Assembly (NCBI GenBank): GCA_964016885.1
Contig: CAXHJY010001211.1
Location: forward strand, 16,640-80,639
DNA: 64,000 nt
DNA from: Eledone cirrhosa
Taxonomy: Eukaryota
Direction: 5' to 3'
The notes beneath the pieces are model-generated. The model was not told the DNA's origin. It made no database searches and saw nothing but the letters and a program-made list of their open reading frames with translations. How positions within the stretch are numbered: the stretch's first letter is position 1; every line of letters begins with the position of its first letter. The position numbers and the translations under genes were made by a program. Of this stretch, positions 40,501 through 54,040 are shown piece by piece.

Positions 40501-43500
40501 AGAGAGGGGTTTACTACAACACTGTCCCTATTTTGTTGGGGAAATAAGGGTTTACTACAACAGTGTCCTTGTGGTATAATTTGGGATAGAAGTGTTTACT
40601 ACAACACTGTCCCAATCGTAGAACTGGGGAGAGAAGGGTTTACCACAACACTGTCCCTGGGGTAAAACTTGGGAGAGAAGGGTTTACCACCATACTGTCC
40701 GTGTTATTTGGGAGAGAAGGGTTTACTACAACACTGTCCCTGTATTATTGGGTAGAGAAGGGTTTACTACAACACTGTCCCTCTGGTATTGGGGACAGAA
40801 GGGTTTACTACAACACTGTCCCTGTGGTATTGGGCAGATAAGGGTTTACTACAACACTGTCGTCCTGGTAGAACTGGGAAGAGAATGGTTTACTACAACA
40901 TTGTCCCTGTGGTAGAACTGGGAAGAGAAAGGTTTACTACAACACTGTCCCTGTATTATTGGTGAGCGAAGGTTTTACTAGAACACTGTCCCTGTGTTAT
41001 TGGGGAGAGAAGGGTTTACTACAACACTGTCTCTGTGGTATTGGGGAGATAAGGGTTTACTACAACACTCCCTGTGGTATTGGAGAGAGAGGGTTTACTA
41101 CAACACTGTTCCTGTGTTGTTATTGAGAGAAGGGTTTACTACCACACTGTCCCTGTTTTAGAACTAGGGAGAGAGGGTTTACTACAACACTTTCCCTGTA
41201 TTATTAGGGCGAGAAGGGTTTACTTCAACAGTGTCCTTGTGGTATAATTTGGGATAGAAGTGTTTACTACAACACTGTCCCTATCGTAGAACTGGGGAGA
41301 GAATGGTTTACCACAACACTGTACCTGGGGTAAAACTGGGGAGAGAAGGGTTTACCACCATACTGTCCCTGTGTTATTGGGGAGAGAAGGGTTTACTACA
41401 ACACTGTCCCTGTGGTATTGGGTAGAGGAGGGTTTACTACAACACTGTCCCTGTTTTATTGGGGAGAGAGGGGTTTACTACAACACTGCCCCTGTTTTAT
41501 TGGGGAGTGAAGGGTTTACTACAACACTGTCCCTATCGTAGAACTGGGGAGAGAAGGGTTTACCACAACACTGTACCTGGGGTAAAACTGGGGAGAGAAG
41601 GGTTTACCACCATATTGTCCCTGTGTTATTGGGGAGAGAAGGGTTTACTACAACACGGTCCCTGTGGTATTGGGGAGAGAAAGGTTTACTACAACACTGT
41701 CTCTGTGGTATTGGGGAGATAAGGGTTTACTACAACACTCCCTGTGGTAATGGGGAGAGAAGTGTGTACTACAACATTGTTCCTGTGTTGTTAGTCAGAG
41801 AAGGGTTTACTACCACACTCTCCCTGTTGTAGAACTAGGGAGAGAGGGTTTACTACAACACTTTCCTTGTGTTATTAGGGCGAGAAGGGTTTACTTCAAC
41901 ACTGTTCCTGTGGTAGAACTGGGGAGAGAAGGGTTTACCACCACACAGTACCTGTGTTATTGGGGAGAGAAGGGTTTACTATAACATTGTCCTCGTGGTA
42001 TTGGGGATAGAAGGATTTACTACAACACTATCCCTGTGTTATTGGGGAGAGAAAGGTTTACTACAACACTGTCCCTGTATTATTGGGGAGAGAAGGTTTT
42101 ACTAGAACACTGTCCCTGTGTTATTGGGGAGAGATGGGTTTACTACAACACTGTCCCTGTGGTATTGGGGAGAGAAGGGTTTACTACAACACTGTCCCTG
42201 TGGTATTGGGGAGAGAAGGGTTTACTACAACACTGTCGCCCTGGTAGAACTGGGAAGAGAATGGTTTACTTCAACACTGTCCCTGTGAGAGAACTGGGGA
42301 GAGAAGGGTTTACCACCACACAATCCCTGTGTTAGTGGGGAGAGAAGGGTTTACTACAACATTGTCCTTGTAGTATTGGGGAGAGAAGGATTTACTACAA
42401 CATTGTTCGTGGTAGAACTTGGGAGAGAAGGGTTTACTACAACACTGTCCCTGTTTTATTGGGGAGAGAGGGGTTTACTACAACACTGTCCCTATTTTGT
42501 TGGGGAAATAAGGGTTTACTACAACAGTGTCCTTGTGGTATAATTTGGGATAGAAGTGTTTACTACAACACTGTCCCAATCGTAGAACTGGGGAGAGAAG
42601 GGTTTACCACAACACTGTCCCTGGGGTAAAACTTGGGAGAGAAGGGTTTACCACCATACTGTCCGTGTTATTTGGGAGAGAAGGGTTTACTACAACACTG
42701 TCCCTGTATTATTGGGTAGAGAAGGGTTTACTACAACACTGTCCCTCTGGTATTGGGGACAGAAGGGTTTACTACAACACTGTCCCTGTGGTATTGGGCA
42801 GATAAGGGTTTACTACAACACTGTCGTCCTGGTAGAACTGGGAAGAGAATGGTTTACTACAACATTGTCCCTGTGGTAGAACTGGGAAGAGAAAGGTTTA
42901 CTACAACACTGTCCCTGTATTATTGGTGAGCGAAGGTTTTACTAGAACACTGTCCCTGTGTTATTGGGGAGAGAAGGGTTTACTACAACACTGTCTCTGT
43001 GGTATTGGGGAGATAAGGGTTTACTACAACACTCCCTGTGGTATTGGAGAGAGAGGGTTTACTACAACACTGTTCCTGTGTTGTTATTGAGAGAAGGGTT
43101 TACTACCACACTGTCCCTGTTTTAGAACTAGGGAGAGAGGGTTTACTACAACACTTTCCCTGTATTATTAGGGCGAGAAGGGTTTACTTCAACACTGTTC
43201 CTGTGGTAGAACTGGGGAGAGAAGGGTTTACCACCACACAGTACCTGTGTTATTGGGGAGAGAAGGGTTTTCTACAACATTGTCCTTGTGGTATTGGGGA
43301 TAGAAGGATTTACTACAACACTATCCCTGTGTTATTGGGGAGAGAAGGGTTTACTACAACACTGTCCCTATGGTAGAACTGGGGAGAGAAGCGTTTACTA
43401 GAACACTGTCCCTGTGGTATTGGGGAGAGAAGGGTTTACTAAAACACTGTCCCTGTGGTATTGGGGATAGAAGGGTTTACTACAACACTGTCCCTGTGGC

Positions 43501-46500
43501 AATGGGGAGAGAAGGGTTTACTACAACACTGTCCCTGTGGTATTGGGGAGAGAAGGGTTTACTACAACACTGTCCCTGTGGTATTGGGGAGATAGGGGTT
43601 TACTACAACACTGTCGCCCTGGTAGAACTGGGAAGAGAATGGTTTACTACAACACAGTCCCTGTGGTAGAACTGGAGAGAGAAGGGTTTACCACCACACA
43701 GTCCCTGTGTTAGTGGGGAGAGAAGGGTTTACTACAACATTGTCCCTGTGGTAGAACTGGGGAGAGAAGGGTTTACCACCACACAGTCCCTGTGTTAATG
43801 GGGAGAGAAGGGTTTACTACAACACCGTCCCTGTGGTATTGGGGAGAGAAGTGTTTACTACAACACTGTCCCTGTGGTAGAACTGGGGAGAGAAGGGTTT
43901 ACTACAACACTGTCCTTGTGGTATTGGCGAGAGAAGGGTTTATTACAACACTGTCCCTGTGGTATTGGGGAGCTAGGGGTTTACTACAACACTGTCCTTG
44001 TGGTAGAACTGGGAAGAGAATGGTTTACTACAACACAGTCCCTGTGGTAGAACTGGGAAGAGAATGGTTTACTACAACACAGTCCCTGTGGTAGAACTGG
44101 GAAGAGAAAGGTTTACTACAACACTGTCCCTGTGGGAGAACTGGGGTGAGAAGGGTTTACCACCACACAGTCCCTGTGTTAGTGGGGAGAGAAGGGTTTA
44201 CTACTACATTGTCCTTGAAGTATTGGGGAGAGAAGGATTTACTACGACATTGTCCCTGTGTTAGTGGGGAGAGAAGGGTTTACTACAACACTGTCCCTGT
44301 GGTATTAGTTAGAGGAGGGTTTACTACAACATTGTCCCTGTGGTAGAACTGGGGAGAGAAGGGTTTACCACCACACAGTCCCTGTGTTAATGGGGAGAGA
44401 AGGGTTTACTACAACACCGTCCCTATGGCATTGAGGAGAGAAGGGTTTACTACAACACTGTCCCTGTGGAAGAACTGGGGAGAGAAGAGTTTACTACAAC
44501 ACTGTCCCTGTGGTATTGTGTAGAGGAGGGTTTACTACAACACTGTCCCTGTTTTATTGGGGAGAGAGGGGTTTACTACCACACTGTCCCTATCGTAGAA
44601 CTGGGGAGAGAAGGGTTTACCACAACACTGTACCTGGGGTAAAACTGGGGAGAGGAGGGTTTACCACCATACTGTCCCTGTGTTATTGGGGAGAGAAGGG
44701 TTTACTACAACACGGTCCCTGTGGTATTGGGGAGAGAATGGTTTACTACAACACTGTCTCTGTGGTATTGGGGAGCTAAGGGTTTACTACAACACTCCCT
44801 GTGGTATTGGAGAGAGAAGTGTGTACTACAACACTGTTCCTGTGTTGCTAGTGAGAGAAGGGTTTACTACCACACTGTCCCTGTTGTAGAACTAGGGAGA
44901 GAGGGTTTACTACCACACTTTCCCTGTGTTATTAGGGCGAGAAGGGTTTACTTCAACACTTTTCCTGTGGTAGAACTGGGGAGAGAAGGGTTTACCACCA
45001 CACAGTACCTGTGTTATTGGGGAGAGAAGGGTTTACTACAACATTGTCCTTGTGGTATTGGGGATAGAAGGATTTACTACAACACTATCCCTGTGTTATT
45101 GGGGAGAGAAGGGTTTACAACACTGTCCCTGTATTATTGGGGAGAGAAGGTTTTACTAGAACACTGTCCCTGTGGTATTGGGGAGAGAAGGGTTTACTAC
45201 AACACTGTCGTCCTGGTAGAACTGGGAAGAGAATGCTTTACTACAACACCATCCCAGTGGTAGAACTGGGAAGAGAAAGGTATACTACAACACTGTCCCT
45301 GTGGGATAACTGGGGAGAGAAGAGTTTACTACAACACTGTCCCTGTGGGAGAACTGGGGAGAGAAGGGTTTACCACCACACAGTCCCTGTGTTAGTGGAG
45401 AGAGAAGGATTTACTACAACATTGTCCTTGTAGTATTGGGGAGAGAAGGATTTACTACAACATTGTCCCTGTGGTATTGGGGAGATAAGGGTTTACTACA
45501 ACACTGTCGCCCTGGTAGAACTGGGAAGAGAATGGTTTACTACAACACTGTCCCTGTGGTAGAACTGGGAAGAGAAAGGTTTACTACAACACTGTCCCTG
45601 TGGGAGAACTGGGGAGAGAAGGGTTTACTACAACACTGTCCCTGTGGGAGAACTGGGGAGAGAAGGGTTTACCACCACACAGTCCCTGTGTTAGTGGAGA
45701 GAGAAGGGTTTACTACAACATTGTCCTTGTAGTATTGGGGAGAGAAGGGTTTACTACAACACTGTCTTTGTGGTATTAGGTAGAGGAGGGTTTACTACAA
45801 CACTTCCCCTGTTTTATTGGGGAGAGAAGGGTTTACTTCAACACTGTTCCTGTGGTAGAACTGGGGAGAGAATGGTTTACTACAACACTGTTCCTGTAGT
45901 ATCGGGGAGAGAAAGGTTTACCACCACACTGTCCCTGTGTTATTGGGGAGAGAAGGGTTTACTACAACATTGTCCTTGTGGTATTGGGGAGAGAAGGGCT
46001 TACTACAACACTGTCCCTGTGCTATTGGGGAGAGCATGGTTTACTGCAACACTGTCCCTGTCGTATTAGGGAGAGAAAGGTTAACTACAACACTGTCCCT
46101 TAGCTATTGGGGAGAGCAGTGTTTACTACAACACTGTCCCTTTGTTATTGGGGAGAGTAGGGTTTACTACAACATTGTCCTTGTGGTATTGGGGAAAGAA
46201 GGGCTTACTACAACGCTGTCTTTATGGTAGAACTGGGGTGAGAAGTGTTTACAACAACACAGTCCCTGTGTTATTGGGGCTTGAAGGGTTTACTACAACA
46301 CTGTCCCTGTGGTATTGGGGAGAGGAGGGTTTACTACAACACTGTCCCTGTGGTATTGGGGAGAGGTGGGTTTACTACAACACTGTCCCTGTGGTATTGG
46401 GGAGAGAAGGGTTTACTACAACACTGTCCCTGTGGTATTGAGGAGAGAAGGGTTTACAACACTGTCCCTGTGGTATTGGGGAGAAAAGGGTTTACTACAA

Positions 46501-46890
46501 CACTGTCCCTTTGGTAGAACTGGGCTGAGAAGTGTTTACTACAACAATGTCCCTGTCGTATTGGGGAGAGAAGGGTTTACAACACTGTCCCTGGGGAGAG
46601 AAGGGTTTACTACAACACTGTCCCTGTGTTATTGGGGAGAGATGGCTTTACTACACCACGGTCCCTTTGGTTTTGGGGAGAGAAGGGTTTACAACAACAC
46701 TGTCCCTGTTTTATTGTGGAGAGAAGGGTTTACTACAACACCGACCCTGTGTTAGAAATGGGGAGAGAAGGGTTTACTACAACACTGTCCCTGTGTTATT
46801 GGGGAGAGAAGGTTTTACTACAACACTGTCCCTGTGGTATTGGGGAGAGATGGGTTTATTACACACTGACCCTGTGGTATTGGGGAGAGG
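25560..46890 (+). repeat. 21-kb satellite array, 41/44-bp monomers (~500 copies)
   Basis: Consensus GGGGAGAGAAGGGTTTACTACAACACTGTCCCTGTGG followed by TATT (41 bp) or TAGAACT (44 bp), all in one orientation. Confidence 0.98.
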
Positions 46891-47189
46891 TATTGTTACT
46901 GTAAGGGAACTATGGACCAAACTTTCATAGAAATAAAAACAGTTGCGGAATTAAAGAACTTGTAAATCTCAGAAAGATGTTTAAAATATGGTAATAGGTT
47001 AGTGTATTTTAGTAATAGGTTATAGTGTAGTTTAGTAATATGTACTGTAGTATGTTACTGTAGGTTAGTAATATGTTTAGTTTAGTAATGTGTTACTGTG
47101 GTTTAGTAATACGTTACTGTGTTACTGTAGTTTAGCAATAGTATAATAATATTACTGTAGTTTAGTAATATGATACCTTGTTAATATGT

Positions 47190-48600
47190 CATCCCTGATA
47201 GGGTAGTGGCGGCAGAGTCCTCAAACACTCCCTCCAGCAGGTCCTGTCAAACACAACCGTTTTCAGTTGACCTGGGTGGATCCCCAAACGAGACCTGTCT
47301 ATCTCATGAATGTTATCCAACCATCTTGCTTGGAGTCTTACCCTGGGTATCCTCAGCTATTCTGGGACATTCTAAACCACATGTCCACAGTATCAGAGCT
47401 GTGATCTCTCAATTCGGAGAAGTTACGGTTCCACCTGTAGTGACTCTCTGGTCTCTTAGCTACGCACCATGTTGTGTAACCTTAATCGAAAGACCCTGCA
47501 GAGGATCCCTATTTCGGCCACTTGTATTCGTGATCGTATTCTTTCGGTCATTACCCAAGATTCCTGACCATAAGCAAGGGTTGGCATGGATATCGAATTG
47601 AAGGTAGCAAATTTGGCTTTTACACCTACCGCCCTTCTGATTAATGAAGGCAGAAGCTGGCACATTACTGCACCATCTTCTGCAACTTTTGCACTTTATT
47701 CAGCCTCCTGCCTTACATTACTTGAGAATACGGCCTCGAGATATTTGAACTTCTCTGCTTGCTTCAGTGGAACTCCATTCACATGCAGTGTGTTCTGCGC
47801 AGGCTTCCTTGAGAGGACGAGTGTCTCAGCTTTCTCTGCTCTTATTATCATTCCAGCCATGCAGCACTCGGCATCAAACCTATCAAGTGCAAGTCAGAGA
47901 TCACCTTTTGTTGATTTAAGTAACACCCTGCTGTCTGCAAATTCCAGCCGACTGACTCTACACCAGCCAGTTGTGATACCACTGCCAACCTGGCCGTGTA
48001 TATCTATCCTATTCATGAAAATAATGAACAGGAAAGGTGACTGTATGTATTTTCGGCGGAGTCCGACTCCCACATTGAATGGTTTCGATTTAGAACCATT
48101 TATTCGAAAACAAATACTCGGGCATTCGTATAGAGACATAAGGGTAACAAGAAGTTGACCATCAATCCCGTACTCCTGTACAACTTATCACAGCAGGTCA
48201 TGAGGAATGCGGTCATATACCTTCTCAAGGTTAACAAAACAAGAATATACCTCTTGGCAATACTCCCACGATTTCTTGAAGACCTGCCATAGTGTGAATA
48301 TTTGGTCTGATGTGACTTGTTCATCAGTTGGACTTGACAATCTCCCTGTATCTCTTTGCCAGACACTTAGCATAGACTTTACCGGGGAGGTTTAACAGGG
48401 GGATCCCTCTGTAGTTGGAACATCTCTCTTGTCTCCCATTTTGAAAATTTGAATTATCACTCCCGATTGTCAGAGATCTAGGCTACCCGACACACACGAG
48501 TTAGTCAGAGAATACCTTCTTTATTTAAGGCTTTTAACACCTCGGGCCGGATTTTATTTTCCCCTACAGCCATGCTACATTTGAGCTCTTGAACTGCTCT
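47190..48600 (-). mobile_element. Decayed RTE-like LINE, RT domain to 3' end
   Basis: Broken motifs TSDQIFTL, CFVNLEKVYDRIP, SKPFNVGVGL, SPFLFIIFM, LEFADS and PTLAYGQESWVM..RIQVAEIG. Confidence 0.88.
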
Positions 48601-48759
48601 GATTTTTAACATGATTAAGAAATAATGTTTTAGCACTAGTGTTTCTATCGTGTTTCAGAAATATGGTCATATCGTTAGTGGTTTATTGTGATTTAGATAT
48701 GGGATCACAGAGTTAATGATTTTTACCGTTGATCAGAAATAGTTTTGCTGTTACTGCTT

Positions 48760-50130
48760 CTTGGCTGAGACGGTAGTTGAGGACCTTCGGCAAATCATCC
48801 CAGCTCTAAAACTCCTCAGACTTGAGATCAATCCATCCAAGTCGGAGATGACAAACGTCAGCTACGGAAAGATCGAATCCCACAACGCCGTACTCAGCGC
48901 CCACCCCGTCCTGTCCGGGGCCCAACTAACACCCAAAGACGCTGCATGCATTCTTGGCTCTCCAATTCTCCCGAAAGCCATAAGAAAATGCCTGGAGACC
49001 AAGCATGAAATTTGTCCCAAATGGCTGAAAGACTGCTTCTCATTGACGCTCAGCTGGCTCCCTTCTTCTTGAGGAACTGCTTCGCCCCCCCCCCCCTAAA
49101 CTTATGATCACACTGCTTGGTGCATCTTGTTGCACCCACGCAGATCTTCCGATGCTGTGCGGAACTCATCGGCAATGTCAGTTTCGACAGCGCAGGCTGA
49201 CAACAGATGAAGCTCCTAGCGAGGTTCGATGGCCTTAGCCTCCGATCAGTTTTGGATCTGGTTCTACCTGCCTTCCATTCCTCAATCTCCTCCAGTCGCG
49301 ATCTCGTCAGCGAAGTCCTCAGCAAGACGGCCGAACCTGACGTAACCCCCGAGCTTGAACAGGCTCTGGCCGACTGGACGGGTGAAGGCCGCTCTGTCTC
49401 CAGTATACAAATGTCCAACGCGACTGGGACGACATCAAATGTAAGTTTTCTTTCAGGCGGATCGAGTCTGGCTTGAACCAACACAGCCTCGCCCGCCTCC
49501 GCTCAACAGCGAATCAGCGGCTCAACTCGGGGCCCTCCTCATCAACCAGGACTTATCTTGATGACGAGTGCACTTGCATGAGGGTTCAACGCCTTAGCCT
49601 CCACGTGTCTGAGCCACATAAATGCCGTTGCGGGGCGGTCATTAACAATTTCGGCCTGCACTCACTGTCCTGCCGTCAGAGCGCGGGCCGGTTACCCCTA
49701 CATGCTGCTCTCAATTGAATATTGAGAAGGAGCCTGGACGCACCTGGCTTCCCATAACAACTGGATCTAGGGGGCCTTGACGGCGGGGACGGCATGTGCC
49801 CCGATGGAATCAACCTCTTCTTATTGGAACGAAGTTGATCGCTCATCAAGAACGCCACATGTTGTGACTCGTTCTCCACCTCTAGCTTAGTCACTTCAGC
49901 CACAAACCCCGGTACCACGGCCCACTATGCAAAAGAAAGGAAGATAAACAAATACCGGGAATTGTCCAGCCTCTTTGCACCGGTCGCCGTTGGGACCTGG
50001 GGCTTACTGGGACTCCGTACTGTCGAGCTCCTCCACAAAATCACAACGTCGGCGGCCTGTCTAAGGAAGGAGCCACGCGAGGTGGGGTGGCTGTTGCAGC
50101 TAGTGTCGCTGGCCATTTTCACGGGGCGCA
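48760..50130 (+). mobile_element. Decayed CRE-like non-LTR retrotransposon (end of RT, zinc knuckle, RLE)
   Basis: LRLEINPSKSE, ILGSPI, CRCGAVINNFGLHSLSC..AGR..H, PDG, FAPVAVGTWG and WLLQLVSLAI, with frameshifts. Confidence 0.82.
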
Positions 50131-50314
50131 ACCCAAGACCCAGAACCCAATGCCCCTCACCCTCCCCATTCTACTGTGACACTAGAGCCCTTGCCTTTCC
50201 CTTCCTTTTCTTTCTTCTCAATAATAAAAGTCAAAGAAATTCTGTGGTAATCTTCAGCGTTTTGTTTGGTACTGTCCAGTTTAGTCGAGACGTCACTGAT
50301 TGTATTTGACCTAA

Positions 50315-50820
50315 AATAGTTGGTGTCTGTATAGTCATACTGGGTCGTAGTTAGGATGTCTAATAGTTGGTGTCTGTATACTGTCATATTGGGTCGTAGT
50401 TAGGATGTCTAATAGTTGGTGTCTGTATACTGTCATACTGGGTCGGAGTTAGGATGTCTAATAGTTGGTGTCTGTATATTGTCATACTGGGTCGTAGTTA
50501 GGATGTCTAATAGTTGGTCTCTGTATACTGTCATACTGGGTTGTAGTTAGGATGTCTAATAGTTGGTCTCTGTATACTGTCATATTGGGTCGTAGTTAGG
50601 ATGTCTAATAGTTGGTGTCTGTATATTGTCATACTGGGTCGTAGTTAGGATGTCTAATAGTTGGTCTCTGTATACTGTCATACTGGGTCGTAGTTAGGAT
50701 GTCTAATAGTTGGTCTCTGTATACTGTCATACTGGGTCGTTGTTAGGATGTCTAATAGTTGATGTCTGTATATTGTCATACTGGGTCGTAGTTAGGATGT
50801 CTACGTTGATGTCTGTATTG
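50315..50820 (+). repeat. 49-bp minisatellite, ~10 copies
   Basis: Unit AATAGTTGGTGTCTGTATACTGTCATACTGGGTCGTAGTTAGGATGTCT. Confidence 0.95.
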
Positions 50821-50969
50821 TCACTGACAAAGAGATTCGTGGTGTCATCGTTTATATTGGGACTGAAAAACAACTTGTCGCAGCATTTTCATCGCTTTAC
50901 GGTCAAATGTTCATAGTATTAGTATAGTATTTTTTGCGGCCTTTTGGAAGACTTTAGAGCGTAGGAAAG

Positions 50970-51292
50970 AATCCTTCACGGTAAAGGGCCATAACTCTAT
51001 GCCTTAAAGCAGGGTGCCCAACGCTCCACCGATACTGCCAATCCATTGCCCCAATAATAATAATAATAATAATAGTTTCTACTTTAGGCACATGGCTAGC
51101 AATTTGAAGGGAAGGGGAAAGTCGATTACATCGACCCCACTGCATTACTGATACTTTATTTTATCGACCCCGTAAGGATGAAAGGCGAAGCTAATCTCGC
51201 CGGGATTTGAACACAGAACGTAATGGGCCATAACTCTATGTTGCAAAGTATGGTGTCTAGCGCTCTACCGATACTGCTAATCTACCGCCCTA
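50970..51292 (-). mobile_element. SINE on the minus strand (~51075-51292) plus a second SINE head (~50970-51052)
   Basis: Reverse complement of the SINE body (TTTATCGACCCCGTAAGGATGAAAGGC...GGATTTGAAC...CGCTCTACCGATACTGC), with (AAT)n tracts. Confidence 0.8.
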
Positions 51293-51329
51293 TAATAATA
51301 ATAATAATAATAATTTCTTCATTAGTCAC

Positions 51330-52215
51330 ACTGGACTCACATTAAAGAAACATTAAAAACGGTACATGACTATACAGTGTGGGGTTTTCTTTGTGTAAAG
51401 TAAAATTTATAAAAGCGACTAAGAAAATAAACATTTAAAACAAACATAACAACTTCCCCAAAGGTGAGGAGACTCTCCGGGTCACGCGTATAAAAATCTC
51501 ACAAAAGGCACGGTCACCCTTACCGCTATGGCAAAGTGCCCTCTTCCAGTCTTTCTACTCCAATCTATAGATGTGTGTTCAAGGCAGGCCTAGTCGGACC
51601 ATGCTCTCCTCTCTCACCCACCTTTCAAAAAACTGAAATCTAAAAAAGGTAATCAGGGCTTCAACAAAGAGGAAGATGGCTGTCTTCAACCCTTACAAAT
51701 GTGTCCACCACAGGACCTCTTTCGCCATGGCCACCAGGCAGATAAAAACTGCATGTCCTTCCCCTCTAAAGGAGGACGGTGGGGCGATCTTCACAATGGA
51801 CTCAGTTGATAGTCGGATTCGTCCTACACGTGTCAGCAGGTGCTCGACATAAACCCACAGGTCAGCAATATTCGGACACTGGACGAGTGCGTGCGGAAAG
51901 GTTTCATCGCCTTGTGCGTACCTCAGACAGGCCCGATTGACGGCACTTCCATGCCTGTAGAATTTATCCCAAACGAGCAAAGCTCCTCGGTAGCACTGCC
52001 AGGCCAGAGATTTCTGGAAGTTGTCCATGGGTCCTGGCCCGAAAGTTCTCCCGAAGAGTTTGGCTAGTTGATTTTCATCGACGCCCAGAATCTCCCCAAG
52101 GACGTCGTCGCTCTTTCCCTCCACTAACCCTATAGAACGCCAAGGTGGAGTTTATACCGATCGCAGTGACCGACTAGTTGAGGGCTGTGAGCGTCTGAAG
52201 ACATCCCAGTCTCCA
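51330..52215 (-). mobile_element. 3' fragment of an L1/Tx1-clade LINE (zf-RVT-like C-terminus plus 3' UTR)
   Basis: SLAWQCYRGAL...ACLRYAQGDETFPHALVQC is a degenerate CxxC..ET..H...C motif. Confidence 0.7.
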
Positions 52216-52437
52216 AACGCTTCCTTAATATAGATTTATAGAACAAAATAATTATTTGAAATCGAAATGAGGGTAAAATACTTTTTTAAAGTCTTCCCAA
52301 CCATCTTATATAATAGAGAAGTGGTGTCTTTAGTGTTTGGTAGAAATAGTAAAACTGGTTTGGTATTAGGATATTTGATATAGAGAGGACGGTCGAGTGG
52401 ATAAGTTTAGTTTCTAATATCAGGCCCCAGGCTGGGA

Positions 52438-52652
52438 GCGGCGGATTGACAGTAATCGGTAGAACATCGGATATCATGCTCCGCGGAATTGAGTTTGCTA
52501 TTTGCGTACTTAGTTAAAATCACGCCGAGGTTAGCTTTGACCTTCATTGATACGGGGTCGATAAAATAAAGTACCAGTAACGTACTGGGCTCGATTTAAT
52601 CGAATTTATCCTCCCCTCAAATTGTTGGCTTTGTACCTAAATCAGAAAGCAA
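52438..52652 (+). mobile_element. tRNA-derived SINE
   Basis: GCGGCGGATTGACAGTAATCGGTAGAAC head and GGGGTCGATAAAATAAAGTACCAGT body. Confidence 0.78.
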
Positions 52653-53489
52653 TATTAGGTACCAGGTTCGATCCTACTGCCTGATATCTTGTGCATGTGT
52701 ATTTTATCATAACTTGGGATCATACCATTACTTGTGAAGGAAATTGTGTAGACGGGAACTATTTGGAAGCCCGTGGGATGGACTATACCTCTAATTCAAA
52801 TCACCAACCTTGTCACACCGCGTCTTCTTAGAATTAACTAAGAGTACACGTGTCTGTGGAATTCTTAACCTCTTTAATTTCATAAACAGGCTGAGTTAGA
52901 GCATTTGATTAAATGCCCCATTTTTTCTTCCGGCTCAATTCGTTCTGAGTTTAAATCCTACCGAGGTGAAGTCTTGGCTCCCATCCTCCCGGAGACAATA
53001 AACGAAATATTAAGGACGGTGGATTGATGAATTAAAACAAAACTAAACGTTCTAAATTCAAATATGCCACCCATCGTCATCATTAAAGGGGTGACCCTAC
53101 TACTAGGAGTTGCAGCAAACAATATCAGCAGTTGAAAGATGCTAACATGGTTTCCTTGACGCCGACGATCGTCTTCTTTTTATTTTATTTTTAATTCCTG
53201 AAATCAATGGGATGACCCTTCTGCTGGGACTTGCAACATCACATCGCATCCTTTTTATAGTGTTGACACTTTAATGGTTTATTTTTTATTAATCTATTTC
53301 CTTCCTTCCTGTTCTGCTACTTTATTTATCAATACCCCCCCCCCCCCCCCCACACACACACACAAAATAAAGTTGACTTCTGTGGGATTTGAACTCAGAA
53401 CTCAGAGATCCGGAACCAAAACCACAAAATATTTTCTCCCCGCTCTATTGCCCCTCCTTTCATACCATATACACAGATACTCACAGGCA

Positions 53490-54040
53490 CACACACACAC
53501 AGACATATAAGCACACAGACATATAAGCACACAGACATATAAGCACACAGACATATAAGCACACAGACATATAAGCACACAGACATATAAGCACACAGAC
53601 ACATAAGCACACAGACACATAAGCACACAGACACATAAGCACACAGACACATAAGCACACAGACACATAAGCACACAGACACATAAGCACACAGACACAT
53701 AAGCACACAGACACATAAGCACACAGACACATAAGCACACAGACACATAAGCACACAGACACATAAGCACACAGACACATAAGCACACAGACACATAAGC
53801 ACACAGACACATAAGCACACAGACACATAAGCACACAGACACATAAGCACACAGACACATAAGCACACAGACACATAAGCACACAGACACATAAGCACAC
53901 AGACACATAAGCACACAGACACATAAGCACACAGACACATAAGCACACAGACACATAAGCACACAGACACATAAGCACACAGACACATAAGCACACAGAC
54001 ACATAAGCACACAGACACATAAGCACACAGACACACACAC
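53490..54040 (+). repeat. 16-bp minisatellite, ~33 copies
   Basis: Unit ACACAGACACATAAGC; the first six copies are the ACACAGACATATAAGC variant. Confidence 0.97.

Noticed and set aside
25560-46890. CRISPR-like appearance of the regular 41/44-bp array
   Set aside because: There are no unique spacers: monomers abut with only point variants. There are no cas genes and the context is eukaryotic. It is a satellite.
25885-46930. Dozens of ORFs of the GREGFTTTLSLWYWGEKGLLQHCP type
   Set aside because: Translations of the satellite monomer cycling through frames, with frequent stops.
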